Positions 25,621 to 39,975 of a stretch of 64,000 nucleotides of DNA are shown here, one piece after another. Source of the DNA: Octopus sinensis (taxonomy: Eukaryota). The stretch is from NCBI RefSeq assembly GCF_006345805.1, contig NC_042999.1, positions 136,710,001 to 136,774,000 of the forward strand, read 5' to 3'. The notes under the pieces were generated by a model. It searched no databases, was not told where the DNA came from, and saw only the letters and a program-made list of their open reading frames with translations. Numbering within the stretch: the first letter of the stretch is position 1; each line of letters begins with the position of its first letter. The translations under genes and the position numbers were made by a program.

Positions 25621-28590
25621 TTCTTGGACATATTCCAGTCATTAAATGCCTTATGATATTCACAGCCTGTATGCAACTTATTTGTGCTTTGATGTCTTTT
25701 TGTTTTAGACCTAAAGTCCACTCCTTCTTTCGTATTCTACAGAAGGATTGTTTCATTATTGATTTTACAAACTTTTTTCCAATCTAGTATTGATGGAGGT
25801 GATTATATGTTGGAGCAATTGTTTTTATCTACCACTGATCACTTAACTGTGATGTAGTAGTGTGGCCCTTTTAATCTTATCTTCATTCAGTAAGACTAAT
25901 AAAGTTAGGTGCCTTGCTCAGGAATACAGCACTAATAAGATATTAACTATTGAATTGAACAAACAGTTTAAGTACATAGCCATTCAGTTAACAGCCATTG
26001 TATGCATAAAAAAAGGGAAAAGGAACCTTTTTTGCCTCCAAGAAACAGCTGATTAGCAAGTTTTGTGTGTTATATAGTTTAATTCTCTTTATTATTTCTT
26101 TGTCTGGATTACAAAATATAAAAATAGTTAAAGTACTGACTTTTTTAAGCACATTGAATTAGCATAAGTATATTAAAGAAACAAATTCCTTTTTTTACTG
26201 TTAACTTTTGTGAGAGAAGTTGTAGATATAACAACATATAAAAAAGTTATTGCATTTTTTTTCTGAGATTTATATGATTTTGATATATCTGGTGGCTGTA
26301 TTTAATTCCTGCAATAAAATAATTTATAGCGACTAATAATACACATGGTTGGCCATGTATGCACAACTCAGTTCACACAGTTACAGCTTTGTGCATATGA
26401 AATTTGGCAAGGACTTAATGGTTGGGAGCACATTGTAATGTCATCTACTGAGTGGTATGCTATTTTTATTGTAGAACTATATTCTGTATTCCAAATAGCA
26501 ACTCTGTTTGATCTTTCACTTTCAGCATAGCTAAAGTTTCCATTAATCCTCATTCACATATCTAAATTTTTAGGCAGGTATGGTGGAGGGGATTATCAGT
26601 AAATTCAGGGATAGAATTTAAATATTTTTCTTTTAGTATCATGAATGTGTCATTAAATTTATGAAGGTTAGCAAGATGGACATGACAATACAAATGTTGA
26701 TTATGAATGGTAATTTTGACTTGAGGTCATTGTAATTTAAACCTTTGGTTCCATGAAGATCTTTAGTGATTGTGTGACATTTCAATAAGAAAGTTTGGGA
26801 TTGTTTTCTTTCATCAAAAACATTTATAGTATTTATAAAAATTATGTGATTACAGAGAAGTCATGAAATTAGTGAACTTTTGCTCCCCCCCTCCTGTACT
26901 AAAGTTTCAAAATCCATGCAACGACACATAAGATTAGCATCTTAGTTGATCGCTATCATCATTTTATGTCCATTTTTACATGCTGTGCAAGTTGGGCTAG
27001 ACTTTCTGAAGCAATTCTCTTCCTGGTGCTTTAAAAAGCACAGATTTATCCATATATAATAATTGCTTTCATGTATTATTTCCCTCTTGTGCTAAGAAGA
27101 TAGTGTGGAAATAGGAGATTGTCAAACATTTAATATAGAGTGAGTGAGTGACTGATGGAGAAATCCAATGAGAGTAGAAGAATGAGGTATTTAGTTTTCA
27201 TGCTTGGCTGGGCTAGTAAACTGGGAAAGAGCCAGTGAGATATACTGAGTAGATTAGTGTAAGTGGTGTAACAAGTAGTAGATAACATTGACAGCTGAAT
27301 TTTCATTGACAAAAAATACAGCTGTTGAGTAATTTATGATTTAAATGGGATAACATGAGTTATCTGCTATATGTGTGCTTTATTAAAACGGTAAGCTCAA
27401 CAAAAAATATACTAGACAGTTTATGTCAAAGTTAATTTTGTCTGAAGACTCTTGTGGAGAACACATCTGTTGGATAAACCAGCTAAGAAATTTCACATGA
27501 AATAATATTTCAGGTTCAAATCAAATAAATGCTTACCTGTTAACCCTTTTGATATCAACTTACTTGAGGCCATCCCTGTTTTATGATACAAACTCCCCAT
27601 TTCTCTTCTTCTTTCAGCTAGGCCTTTCTACAGTCTGTTTCTTGACTATGTTAGTCAGTGTTCCTTAATTTGTACATTGATGCCAGTCATTAGCTTGCAT
27701 GTAAATTCATGATTGTTTTCCTAAAGGCTTTTATTGTTGTGTTTCATCCATTTAAGTTCACAATTAATCCAAAAGCATAAATTCACATATGTACTTGGAA
27801 AGAAGAAAAACCATCAAATTATGGAAAAAATGGAAAATCAACAGTTGATTAAATACTTTCACAAGCCATTGCACTATGGGTCCAAATTAAATTGGCCTAT
27901 CATAATTAATAAAATAAACTGAGTTCTGAATTCAAGTATTCCCATATAGATTTTGTTACCTCTTTGAACAACTCATTTTATTTTGGTCACTCATTGTAGC
28001 TAGGAAGTTGCCAATTTATGATGGAACAGTTTATATTTGGAATAATATGTAACTTTTAAAACATTTGCTCTAAAAGAAAATGAATTCATAAATCTGACCA
28101 GCATAAGAACATAGATATCAAAAGAAAGAAATATTATGAATAATTTTATTCTAACACAGTATCTTGTAAAGTATTGTTTCTAATTGAAAGTTAAACTAAG
28201 CTTATCTGCTAGTGGGTATTTCTAAGCTATTTTCCATTTATACTCATGCTTCATTATTAGTAATTTCTAATTCAAGATGTCTTAGATGAAATTGATTTAG
28301 ACAGAGTTTCCATACCCTAATTTACTGACATACCATAAGACCACAAAATTGCTCTTCATTTCAGTATCTGAAGTCCATATAAGCTTGCATGATGGAATAG
28401 CTGCCTTTATTATGGTAATTTCTTGCAAGAAGTTCATACAGTTAAATCAATGTTTCTTTACTAATGTCAAAAGGTAACGACATATCAATTCCAAGAAAGA
28501 ATAGTTGTGCATGGCTAACTTAAGAGTTTTAACATTAATGATTTTATCTTACCTATCATAAAAATTGTTATCAGTCTCTTCAGTCAAGAA

Positions 28591-30817
28591 CAGAGGCTCT
28601 CAACATGGGTGGTACCACCCTCAAAATGTGTGTGTATGGAAGGTGTGGGGGGGGGGCTGTTGGACTTTGGGGGTCAGTGAAGGGAGTGGTAGTGAGATAA
28701 CATAATTAACATACTAAATTTTACCCATAATAATAATAATTATATCATACATGATAAAACTAGTAATGGTTATTAGAATAAAACGAGAGATAAGTATATA
28801 TCATGGCTAAAGAATGTTTGAACAAGAATGATTAATTTTTGATGTTATATTTCTGTCTTGAATGGTGTTTTTTAGGTATACAATCTTTCCTGTTTTTTTG
28901 TGATCTCCATACTTTGTTTAGTGATATAATCATATACAATTGTTGTGTACATTGCCCCTTTTAAAAATTTAGAATGAGTGAAATAGAAAAGTGCCATCAA
29001 TACTCAAATGAGTATTTGAAACATAGATAAATAATGAGCAATTGCTTCTATATTTAATATGTGTAAAAACATTTCCAAACGAAGCAATGAAACTTCTAAG
29101 TATGATTGAACATTTACAAAAAATGCATCCAGATAAAACCAGAAATGATGAGGATTGCTTTCACCAAATGAAAAATTATTTTTAAAACCTTCTTATGCTC
29201 AAAGGGTTATTTACCAAACAAACAAGGCAAATAGAGAAGGGTTTGGTTATGTCTTTCAAACTTACAAAATTAATTGCGAAATGTGGAAAACTACATTCTA
29301 TTTGGTGAAACTCTTAATAGCTATAAAAGAAGTTTTGGATACTATGATTTGCCCAGGTAAAAGTGCTAAGACAGCATCAATTTCTCTCAGTAATAGTACG
29401 GTAGCAGCAAGAATAGATAACATGGTGAAAGATGTCGAAAGTAAACTCTGGTTATGTAAATTCAAATCAGAAAATTATTGAAGAGTTTCTGTTTGCTTTA
29501 AAACTGGTACTTGACACAAAAGGTTCTACAGCTTTAAGTTTATTCTTGATTATTTTTTTTAATGCAAAGAATATCCCTCTCACAAATAGTATTGCATGTG
29601 CAGATGGGGCACCAGCTATGAAAGGCCGTTATTGTGAATTTATAGCACATGTAAAGGAAACTGTTCCACATATATTTGCAGTTCACTGTGTTACTCATTG
29701 AGAACACTTGGCTGCGAACCCTCTTAGTGGTAGACTACATAACATGTTGAATGATGTAATTAAAACAGTAAATAAAATCAAAACCTGTCCGCTGAATAAC
29801 TGTCTTTTGGAAGTTTTGCCATGAAAAAGAAGAAAAGTGAAAGTGCCTTTTGCTTCATACTGAGGTGTGATGGCCTTCGAATGGAAATTGAAGCATTTTC
29901 ATAATCTCTATGATACTCTTTTATAATTTCTTAATCCATATGATGAGGACATATATAATAAACTAATCAATGAAAAAGCTGACATTACATATATTTCTGA
30001 TATTTTCACTAAATTAAATGAGGAAATAAGATTAATTAAATTAAAGCAAAGGGAATCATAAATGTATTTATCAGCAAATTGTCATTCAACTAGCAGAGAC
30101 TATTGAGAAAAGATTTTTTAGTTTCCAAACCTGTACATAATAGAAACAATGATAGCAATTTAATATTAGCTATGGATATAGACTGCTATTGTTTTCATCT
30201 GCAGACATTAAAAGAAGACTTAATGATAAGGTTCAAAGATTTTCTTGATCTTAAAGTACCTGATTAGGTCATAAATCCATTTCTCTCTGATGCTTCTTCT
30301 GCTCAACCAGGTTTACATGAAGAAATTATCAATTTAAATGATTTTGAAGTTCAAATATATTTTCAACAGCTTGGTTATGAATCATTCTGTCCCAAAATAC
30401 AAAGCAAGTATTCTTAACTTTAGCAAGAAATGAAATTACTGTTCATTGCTTTTCCTTCTTCATATTTTGTAGAGAAAGGGTTCAACACAATGTTGCAATT
30501 GCTGACTCAGCAACAGAATAAATTTTCATTAAGTCAAAGAGAAGACTTATGACTTCTTTTGATTAACATTGAACCTGATATAAAAAGTTTAGCTAGATCT
30601 CATCAGGCACAGGGAAGCCATTTAACTTGCAATATATATAGTAAATTTATAACTATTGTCTTTATTAATTTTTTGTCATCTCACTGTTAAAAGCTTATAC
30701 AATCCATTTTTTTAGTAAAATTCATAAATTATCATCCATGTTAATTTAGTTTAGTCATAAGACCTCACTAGCCACTTGAGTGGGCACTACAAAAAAAAAA
30801 ATGGTTAAGAACCACTG
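28591..30817 (+). mobile_element. Near full-length decayed hAT (Charlie/Buster group) DNA transposon
   Basis: TIRs cagaggctctcaac / gttaagaaccactg. Flanks gtcaagaa / atttagaa resemble the NTCTAGAN 8-bp target. Transposase motifs ISLSNSTVAARI, DGAPAM, HCVTH*EHLAA, LLLHTEV*W and FPSSYFVEKGF, with stops and frameshifts. Confidence 0.9.
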
Positions 30818-31013
30818 ATTTAGAACATCACTACTCTTCATCTTCAGAGGTTAGACCTTTGAATTTCCATATTAAGTTCTTTCTTTTATATTTTCTAGTT
30901 AAACAGTTCCATATCAAACTTACATTACTTCTTAATCAGTAATGTTTATTATAAAGTTTCTCCAATCTCTTCAACACGTTTATTAAAAACATTTTAATAT
31001 GACATTGAAATTT

Positions 31014-31215
31014 AAGGTGACGAGCTGGCAGAATTATTAGCATGTTTGGCAAAATGCTAAGTGGCATTTTATCCATTCTGAGCTCAAATTTTGCTATGGT
31101 CGATTTTGATTTTCATCCTTTTGGGTCAATAAAATAACTACCTGTTGAGCACTGGAATTGATATAATTGACTTACCCCTACCAAGAATTTCTGGCCTTAT
31201 GCCAAAATTTTAAAT
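31014..31215 (+). mobile_element. SINE family B
   Basis: aaggtgacgagctggcagaattattagc...ggccttatgccaaaattt. Confidence 0.8.
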
Positions 31216-32604
31216 TGATATGACAGTGGAATTCCAAACTTTATATCAAAAGTTTCCATTTAAAAAAAAAGTGAACTTGCACAAAATTTGAAATCCCATA
31301 CATAAAACATGCATTTTCAGTCACTTAAAGCTATTACTAAATCATATTCCAACTAAATATTTGAGAGACCAAAAAGGTTCACAAAACATACTATAAAAAA
31401 TTATATTAGATTAATTTGCTTTCCAGAAATTGCAAAATATTTGAGCTTATTTACTTTGAATATTAGTTTATTTGCATAGGGAATATTGAAGTGGAAAGTT
31501 AAAGTGAAAGATTTCTGGATATTGAACTGGAAAGTATGATGTTTGATTTTTAAAATGCAAACATAACATTGCATCTAAAGTAAGTTGGTTAAAGAAGTAT
31601 CCTTCACTTTGGAATCCACATTTATTTTTGAGTTTTAATCAAGCTTTTTTGTTTTTTAAGCTGCTGAAAAGAGAAAAGAAAGGGATAAAAATAATAGTGA
31701 AGTAAAAATTAATAGATGATTGGAGTTTTAATCTTAGTTTGATAGAATAATGTTTTAAATTTCATCCAATTTAAAATTTATCATTCCTCATCAACATTGA
31801 TTTTTATATTTGTTAACTAGGATTTTGTTATAGCAGATTTAAAGAAAAGCAACCACAACTAAAGAATAAGTTAGTATTTATTGGTTCAATTTCATGAAAG
31901 CCTTATTGATGTAAGGATGGTGGTTATACAATTATTGTCTTTCTGTTAAGAAAATCTAATTTAGAATAAGAGAAATTGTTTTTTTTATTTTTAATGCAAA
32001 ATTAAGAGATATTATTTACTTCTGAAATATTGTAACATTTAGTGTTAGTTTTGAAGAGATGAAGTTTCAGCTTTTTTTTTTTTTTGTGAATACATACCTT
32101 ATAGATATTAACATTACTTTTCTTTCTCATTTGTATGATCTAGATTACAGATCCAATATATACAAGCTGATTCTTGTGCCAGCATTATTTAAATAATCTT
32201 TAAATTATAATTTTCCTCTTTCAATGAAGTACAAAAAAGTTAAACTCTAATGAAAACACTAGGTGTCAGATTTCTCAGTGATTCAGGATACACGAGAGAG
32301 CTACAAATGTATTTAGGAAGGCAGAAAATTCATTATCAAATAGAGCTTTTAGATATTGTTTGAGATGAAAGTTTAATAAGTATCTGGGGATAGAAAATCA
32401 AAAACCATTTGAAAAAAGTCCTTTCTCATGTAAGAGAATGTAAATAGATTTTGTCTCAACTGCCATCTATGTTAATTTTCTATAGCAACATACACAACTA
32501 TTTCAGTAGATATTATTAATCCATCAATGTAGTTTGGAATAGACACTGTGCTCCAGTTTCTTTTCACAAGATTTTATCTCTGCTTACATGGAATTCTCTT
32601 TCTC

Positions 32605-33671
32605 CACCACAAAAGAAACCGAAATTTTGCAATATTATTTTATTCACTTAGCTTTGCATCTTTACACTTCTATCACCTCCAAAGTATTCTCCATTTGAAA
32701 CAATACATTGATCCAGAAGCATTTTCCGCTATTCCAAGCAGTGCTGGAACTCTTCATGAGGAAGCCACCACTCTACACTTTGCCACACATCAGGGTTTTT
32801 ATCTCACCGTGTCTCATAAATGCTTCAGAGCTGCCAAGTAAAATATCTGCTTAACAATTTGACCAGGAGCAACAAATTATCTGTAGACTATTTCTTCACA
32901 TCGATGAAACAAATCAGCATCATCTTGACATTAGACTTCACTTGATGTGCTTTTTGGGGGTGTGGTGACATTGAATGCTTACATTGACTTGATTGCTGCT
33001 TCATTTCTGGGTCATAGCCATAACATCACCTTTTGTCACCAGTTATGACCTTTGAATAAAGGTCCGAACCAACTTCCAACTTCAGTTCACAACACGCATT
33101 CAGTCATGACTGCTTTTGATCTGTGAGTAAGCAAGGCACAAATTTTGCTGTTACTCTTTTCATTCGCAATTCCTCACTCAGAATTCATTGGCAGGAGCTC
33201 CAGGACACATCAGTTATATCAACAAGTTCGTCAATTGTTTGGCAACGGTCCTCCAAGATCGATTCATGAATTTTCATGATGTTTTCATTCATTTGGGAAG
33301 TTGACGGTGGCCCTGAACAATGTTGGTCTTCAAGTGGCAAGTGACCATTCCTAAAGCATGAAAACCGCTCATGAACTTGTGTTTTGCTCTTGACAGCATC
33401 GTTGTAAGCTGTTTGAAGCAAAACTGTTTTTGCCAACGTTTTCCCCAGCAGAAAACAGAATTTCACAGAAGCACACTGTTCTTTCATTTCAGCCATCACA
33501 AAAATCAATGAATAGTGGAGAAGCACTGCAAAACAATGATGCATCACATGACAGTATGACTTCATATGAAGCCGCTGGTTGCATCAAGTGGCTTTTAGCA
33601 GTAGATGCCCGAACTACAACATGCTTGCACCACAGAGAACATTTTCTGTTACTTTTGGGTACCCCTTTGTA
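32605..33671 (-). mobile_element. Mariner transposon remnant
   Basis: ORF 33185-33565: EQCASVKFCFLLGK...KTQVHERFSCFRNG..LEDQHCSGPPS...EDRCQTIDEL. TIR ttacttttgggtacccctttgta at the right end and a partial aaaagaaaccgaaattt at the left. Confidence 0.88.
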
Positions 33672-34170
33672 ACCCCACCTTCTCACTTGGATATTAGCAA
33701 CAAAAACTTCAAGCTACTTTAACAGTTTTCTTTCCCAATTTCTCTAAATTCCTCTTTTATCTCTGCTACTTTCTGAAATTCCCCAACTGCCAACATCTGT
33801 TCAACTATCTCTCATACTGCATTAAGGGCATTTATCACACCTCAGTTCTCAGTGTCAGCATACTTCCAACAATAACTGTGCTGCTGTATAGGTTGAATCA
33901 TTTTTTATTCTTAACTAACTTCACTTGTTAGTCTCCTTACCTAGTCATATCTTTAACAGACCTGTTGGTTCTTTAAACACTCTTCACCTCTTGCCTCTAA
34001 ATCCATCCTTTACCCCACCATTCTAATATCTGCTTCTGTTACATTACCTGATAATTTCTTATTGAATACATTTATCATAATGTCACTTATGTACCTTAAG
34101 CCTTCTGATATTTTAAGACAGCTAATTAGTCCTATTTCTACACTTACTAGTACAGTTAATTTTCCATTAA

Positions 34171-35242
34171 CTCTTTCAATGCAAAACCGCCCGAAAAAAA
34201 TTTTGGTTAATGTGACCAAACCGCCCAAAGCCGCCCGAATTTACCTGTTCATATTTAAATGAGAATATCAGAGCAAATCTCTTTAGTACATTCGTGAAGA
34301 CACGTATTATACTTCGTAAACAGTTCAACTACAGTTTTATACAAAAATCGAAGTGTAATTTTAATTCCGTGAATTTTGGGAGATATTTTTCTGAAATTTG
34401 TTCCTATTGTGTTTTCAAAATTTGTAATTCTGACAAAAAATGGATACGAATTTCATTGTATCAAGCAGCGAGTCAGAATTCGAAGGATTTTCTACTGGAG
34501 ACCTTCATAAATCTAACTCTATGACTGAAAAAAAAAGCATGTGGTATTTGATAATGAATCTGATGTTTCATTTTCCGAAAGTGAGAACAGTGAATCCGAG
34601 AGCTCGACAGCGATAAAGAAAATGAATTGGCACCTGAATGGAGTGAAAATTTAAAAACTGTTTCTTTCGGTGATTTTTCTGAAGAAACTGGACCAAGCCA
34701 CAGACTTTCCCAGAAGAGTAAAGCCTTAGACTATTTCTATTTACTTTTTCAAATGAGCCTATTTGAAATCATTACGGTGGAAACGAACCGTTATGCTAAA
34801 TGTAAACAAAGCGAAAGAAAGGATAGTTAGTGGTTTCCCATAACCTTAAATGAAATTAAGACTATTTTGCCATAAATATTATTATGGGTATCAGAAAGTT
34901 ACCCAGAATAACAAATTCTATCGTAAAATTTTGTTGTATACCCAATTGAATATTAACTAATAACCCATTTTCTATAGCGATGTTTGAACAAAATTTTAAT
35001 AATTTTATATATTGTTGAATTTACCTGTATCTACCTGCAATTAGTCACTTTGTGACAAAAATTATAGTATAGAATTGGTTGAGAACATTTCATTAAATTA
35101 TCTTCCAAAATTCATGCTAATATATTGATAAATAAAAAAGATATAGTTGTTTAATGAAACCAGACTAAATTTATGATTATGTTAGAAATTAATTGAAACA
35201 AATAAGGGGTGTATTTTGGTCAGAAATATAGTAACGAAAGGG
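34171..35242 (+). mobile_element. Non-autonomous piggyBac-family deletion derivative
   Basis: Flanked by TTAA at 34167-34170 and 35243-35246. Termini ctctttc.. / ..gaaaggg. Internal peptide FSEETGP...LDYFYLLF...IITVETNRYA...W.P.T..E and IMG.RKLP is the N-terminal part of a piggyBac transposase core. Confidence 0.82.
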
Positions 35243-35279
35243 TTAAGCTAGACCTACCAGAAACCTGCTATCCTGTGTC

Positions 35280-36200
35280 AAACACATGTTTGCTCTATTT
35301 TTACTCTGTGAATTTATTTCTTGCTCTTGATATCAACAAAGTCTTTGACTATATCTAGTATGGTGACTGAGCAAAATTATCTTCCTGTGGTTTCCATTCA
35401 CCTTTAATATCTTGGATTGGAAGTTTCAAGTCATTGTGCTCCATCAAAACACTTGTCACTCTTCAGCTTGTATTCTACTAATTTTTATGTACTACACAGC
35501 TCAGTTATATGCCCTGTGCATAACAACCTACTTGTCACTTACTCTTGAGTGCACCATGGTAATCATGCCAATTCAAATATCATAGAACTTAGACAATTAC
35601 GTATTTGACATGCATTATTTTCATGAACAAAGATCTTGAAAAGATCTTTCAATTGGTATGTAATAACCTGGATCCCCCTCAACAGCACTAGATACATTCA
35701 CTACACAAATTGAGAAAACACTTTACATATAAAAACACTTTACATATAAAGCCTCCATGAATTTTACAATGTTTGGTTTCACAATCTGTGATGATCTTTC
35801 CTAGTAGGTCCTCTCACACACACACATACATACACACTACGCATATTACACAGTCCAAACTTCTAAGTATATTCAATTTTCACCTCTCAGCAATTGCTAA
35901 CCATCTACAAGGCAAAAGAACATATCATACTAGTGTATTGCACTCACTATAGTGTCACCCAGCCATCTCTTCTACCATGACTGCTTTTTCATCCAAACTG
36001 TACTATTTCCACCCAAGCTCGCTCAATTTACATTCCTCTTTTCTTATCATCACTTGACATCACAAACCCTGCACTGAAGACTTCTCAATCCATCTTACTC
36101 CAAATTACATCCTTCTGAAACCCTCCTACCACCCATTAAAGCTATCAATTTACTGATGTTTAAGCTGATTATTAACTGCACCAACCTTACAAAAGTCTGT
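35280..36200 (+). mobile_element. Heavily decayed CR1/L2-type LINE
   Basis: LALDINKVFDYI*Y...KLSSCG....LISWIGSF, a degenerate ALDISKAFDRVWH...KL...G....WI.SF. Probably continuous with ~33700-34165 on the other side of the piggyBac insertion. Confidence 0.6.
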
Positions 36201-36517
36201 AATAGTCATGAGTTCTTTTTCCTTCTCTCCTGACTAAATACCTTTTTTTATTCATTTAAAAAAAAGTCCATCCTCTGATCAATCAAAAAATAATTGGTTG
36301 TTGTCTCTAGCTGATCTTTTGAGAGTATAACAATGAGTATATTGTTTAGACACACCTAATTCCCTGCAGTAGCTAAGGCATACCTTTCCTTATGGTACAT
36401 AAACTTCTTTATTGGCTTGCTGGAATTTCTGATACCTGTATGATTTATACTGAAATTGGATCTAGGATTTAAAGATGAGGAAGCAGTAAAGTAATATCTG
36501 TTAGAGGTTTGTGTGTG

Positions 36518-36565
<48 letters not shown>

Positions 36566-37559
36566 ATATATACGCATGTGTGTGTAAAGGGCAAATCAGA
36601 AAAAAAGACTAGTATTGGCTGTGTTCTGCTATTGGCTTATGTAAGATGTTGGAGTTGGTGACCTATAGAGATAATTATGACATTAATTTCACTTATAACA
36701 GTTTATTTTATGAAGAATAGTCAGTCAAGGAAAATGAAAAATTTCCTAATTAGTAATATAATATATCACTTTAAATTTGTCTTATTTCCCGAAAATATGT
36801 CATTAAGCAACTACTTTGCTTTGGTTTCATTTTCTAGTGTTTTCTAAGATATAACATTTCCAGTATTGTTAAGTGGAATCTTGTATAATAAAGTGTATCA
36901 ATCTGCCAGAAACAATTCAGTAATTTTAAAAAAAGCTCTGTACATTTGTGTATGTGAAAAAGAAAATTAGTTTTTTTTTTCTAAGATCATTACAGATCTT
37001 CTCTGGCAGGTATTTTATGTCATTAATTATTTCTAGATGTTTCTGAGCCAAAATGAAATATTCAAATTTAATGAGCTCCCATAGCATTTTAACTGTGTTT
37101 GAAATATCACAAAATTATGATCTGTAACAGCAATCTTATTCTCAACAGAATCAACAAATAGAAAAGTAGCTTCAGCTATGACAATTATATTTTGGAAGAC
37201 CTTGGGTGGCATAGCTATAACTTCTCTAACCACTACTTTGTTTGTCAGAGTAAGAGCATTCACAAGCCACTTACTCTAAGGCTCCAGTTGTCAAGTTTAT
37301 TGGTGTCCTCTTGTAGATACTCTTCGGAATTTTCAATGTGAATATAGTTTACCTGATAATATTGTTTCTATAGATTTATTAAAACAGATGATGAAGAGAA
37401 GTGACACCAGGACACTTTCATAAGACATATAAGAATTATGCCAGAATTCTATCTGAATGAAAACTCCATTTTAATAATTCATGAAATAGTGAAATGACTT
37501 CAGGAAATACCAAATCACACATAACATTCAACTTCAATTATATTGTTTTTGTATTTGTA

Positions 37560-37613
<54 letters not shown>

Positions 37614-38187
37614 CATTGTCATACCTCTTTAGAAGATCTATTGCAATTCAACTGATGTACTTTCTTCACCCATGAATTTGATTATTGTCTGTTGTGGTCA
37701 CCAGTTGTGAAATGTTTGAGTGATTACTTTTAAGCCATTTCAACAGGAAGTAATTTGATTGTACATAACCCAGATGTTCACCTTTTGTACAATTTAATTA
37801 TCCCTTCAAAAGTCTTGGGAAATAATATAGAAACAGATTAGTTGGAAGTACTGTATGAAACCAAATTAAATGTGTGTTTGAATTTAATCTCTTTTCTTTC
37901 TGTTAATTTCAATCATAATGCCTATATAGTCTCCATCATCGATATAAAAGTTTCAGAAAAATGTAGCTTGCCCATCTTTAAAGTACAATTTGCTGTATAA
38001 TGTTTATATGATAAAATTAGTCTGCAATATTGTATGAAATATATTTCTTTAATAACTATGTATAAACTCCAAACCATTTCAAATTAGACTTTCCATTCTG
38101 TTGTTGCTCCCTCATTTTAAACAATTTCATTACCACTTTAATAATTAATGCTGAATGATTAAAAGATAATGAAATTTCAACTGTAGA

Positions 38188-38218
<31 letters not shown>

Positions 38219-38730
38219 TCACCATAGTTTCATGGTTTGTTGAGTTAAGAGTTTTTCTTACCCAGCAATATTTATTTGCATGTACAGTCTTTCAAAGATA
38301 CAACTTTGTTTTGACTCTGTCATTTCAATAACTGAACAGTTTCATTACAATCTCAGTTCGTATACATTCAAAGTCAGTCTTTATGGGCAATTAATTTACA
38401 GCACATACTTTTTTCACTTATCTCTTAAACATGAAATGCAAAAGACAAAAGTAGGTTTTAAAAGATAAACTCAAAAAGCATAGAAGTTTTGAGTACTTAT
38501 CTCTGGAAGTTTTTTATTTACTATTTTTCATTTTATTTGTTTTTCTTTTACTGATATCAGTAGCCATAAACTTTTCTTATTGATTTCTAAGTAAGGTGAT
38601 GATAGAGTTATTCAGTGGTGGCTAAAATTTCAAATTGATTAAAGTAAAATTTATCATTTTGAGAAATTTGTGATGCCTGACATTGGTAATTAATCTTCTT
38701 AGATTTTTTAATTTAAATATATATACATAC

Positions 38731-38786
<56 letters not shown>

Positions 38787-39479
38787 TATTAGAAGGTGGG
38801 TAGACATGGTTGATGTAAACTTTAGTTACAGTTCATTGCAGTATCACAATGTAAATAGCCAATAATAAAAGAATCAGTCAAATAAAGATGCAGAAGAAAT
38901 GAAAACACCAAGGATTTTTTTTATCATATTTCTGATGTTTTTAGTCACATAGAAAAAATCTTTTATATTTATTTTAAATGATAAAGAAGTTATATTTTGT
39001 TGAAGATTATACTTCCATAAAATTTTTTTTTTATTTCGTATTTCAGTTCAAGACTCCTTAACTAATTTATCATATAGTATACTACGTTTCTAATAACTCT
39101 TGATAAATCCTAGAGAATTGGGTGCTGTGAGGTACCAACTGGCACCACAACTTTTTTCTATCTAAACTTCCAGGCTGGACAGTAAATTGGATTAAAAAGG
39201 CAATGATTTCTATACAGCTCCACTCACTCGCATTACCAAACACAGTATCATAATATGCAGTGTGATCCCAATCAGGCTAAAGCATGACATATGTACATCA
39301 CTTAAATTACTCCAACCAGAACATTTAACTTGGCATCTGTCAATTAATTATGCTAGGCTATATTGAGTTTCCTTCTTGCTACACCACCAACTAAAAAATA
39401 TGCTTTAACAGATTCTTGTGTGTGCATGTACACAAACTACATCAGTGTTTATTTAAATCAAACATCTAATTTCTTTCAG

Positions 39480-39558
39480 GTTAAATTGAATTCTGAAGGC
39501 CATATTGTATATAGCATTTCAAGCGACAAGATTATCATCAAAGACATTGTGCGAAACA
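39480..39558 (+). CDS. Nrx-IV: Exon F: short laminin-G domain 2 exon
   Basis: tttcag|GTT...AACA|gtaagt. VKLNSEGHIVYSISSDKIIIKDIVRN. 79 bp, phase 0->1, which is exactly the phase bridge needed between exons E and G. Confidence 0.82.
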
Positions 39559-39754
39559 GTAAGTTATGTTATTGTTGTTTGTGTTGTTAGAGTATTGGAT
39601 TGGAAGAGTTTCTAAAGCACTGGTTAAATGCCTACCATTTAAATCCCCCTGAGCTCAACATTACCTTTCATTCTTCTTGGACCAATAAATACCAGCCAAA
39701 TATTGGAGGAAATTTGATTAACTTTTCCCTACAAAATTATTAGGAAATATATTT

Positions 39755-39975
39755 ATTGGTAGAATTATTAAAGTATCGGGGTAAAATCTTTGCAATATTT
39801 CTCCTGGCTCTTTTTTTTTTTTTTTTTGCTAAGTTCAAATCCCACCAAGGCCAGTTTTACCTTTCATCTTTCCAGGATCAATAAAATAAAAACTAATCAG
39901 GTACTGTGGTCAATGTTATTGATTAACTCACACCTCTCCTCAAAATTGCTGGCCTTCTGACGAGATAAAAAATTA
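39755..39975 (+). mobile_element. SINE family B, with a further fragment at ~39600-39740
   Basis: ttggtagaattattaaag...aagttcaaatcccaccaagg...aaaattgctggcctt. Confidence 0.7.
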
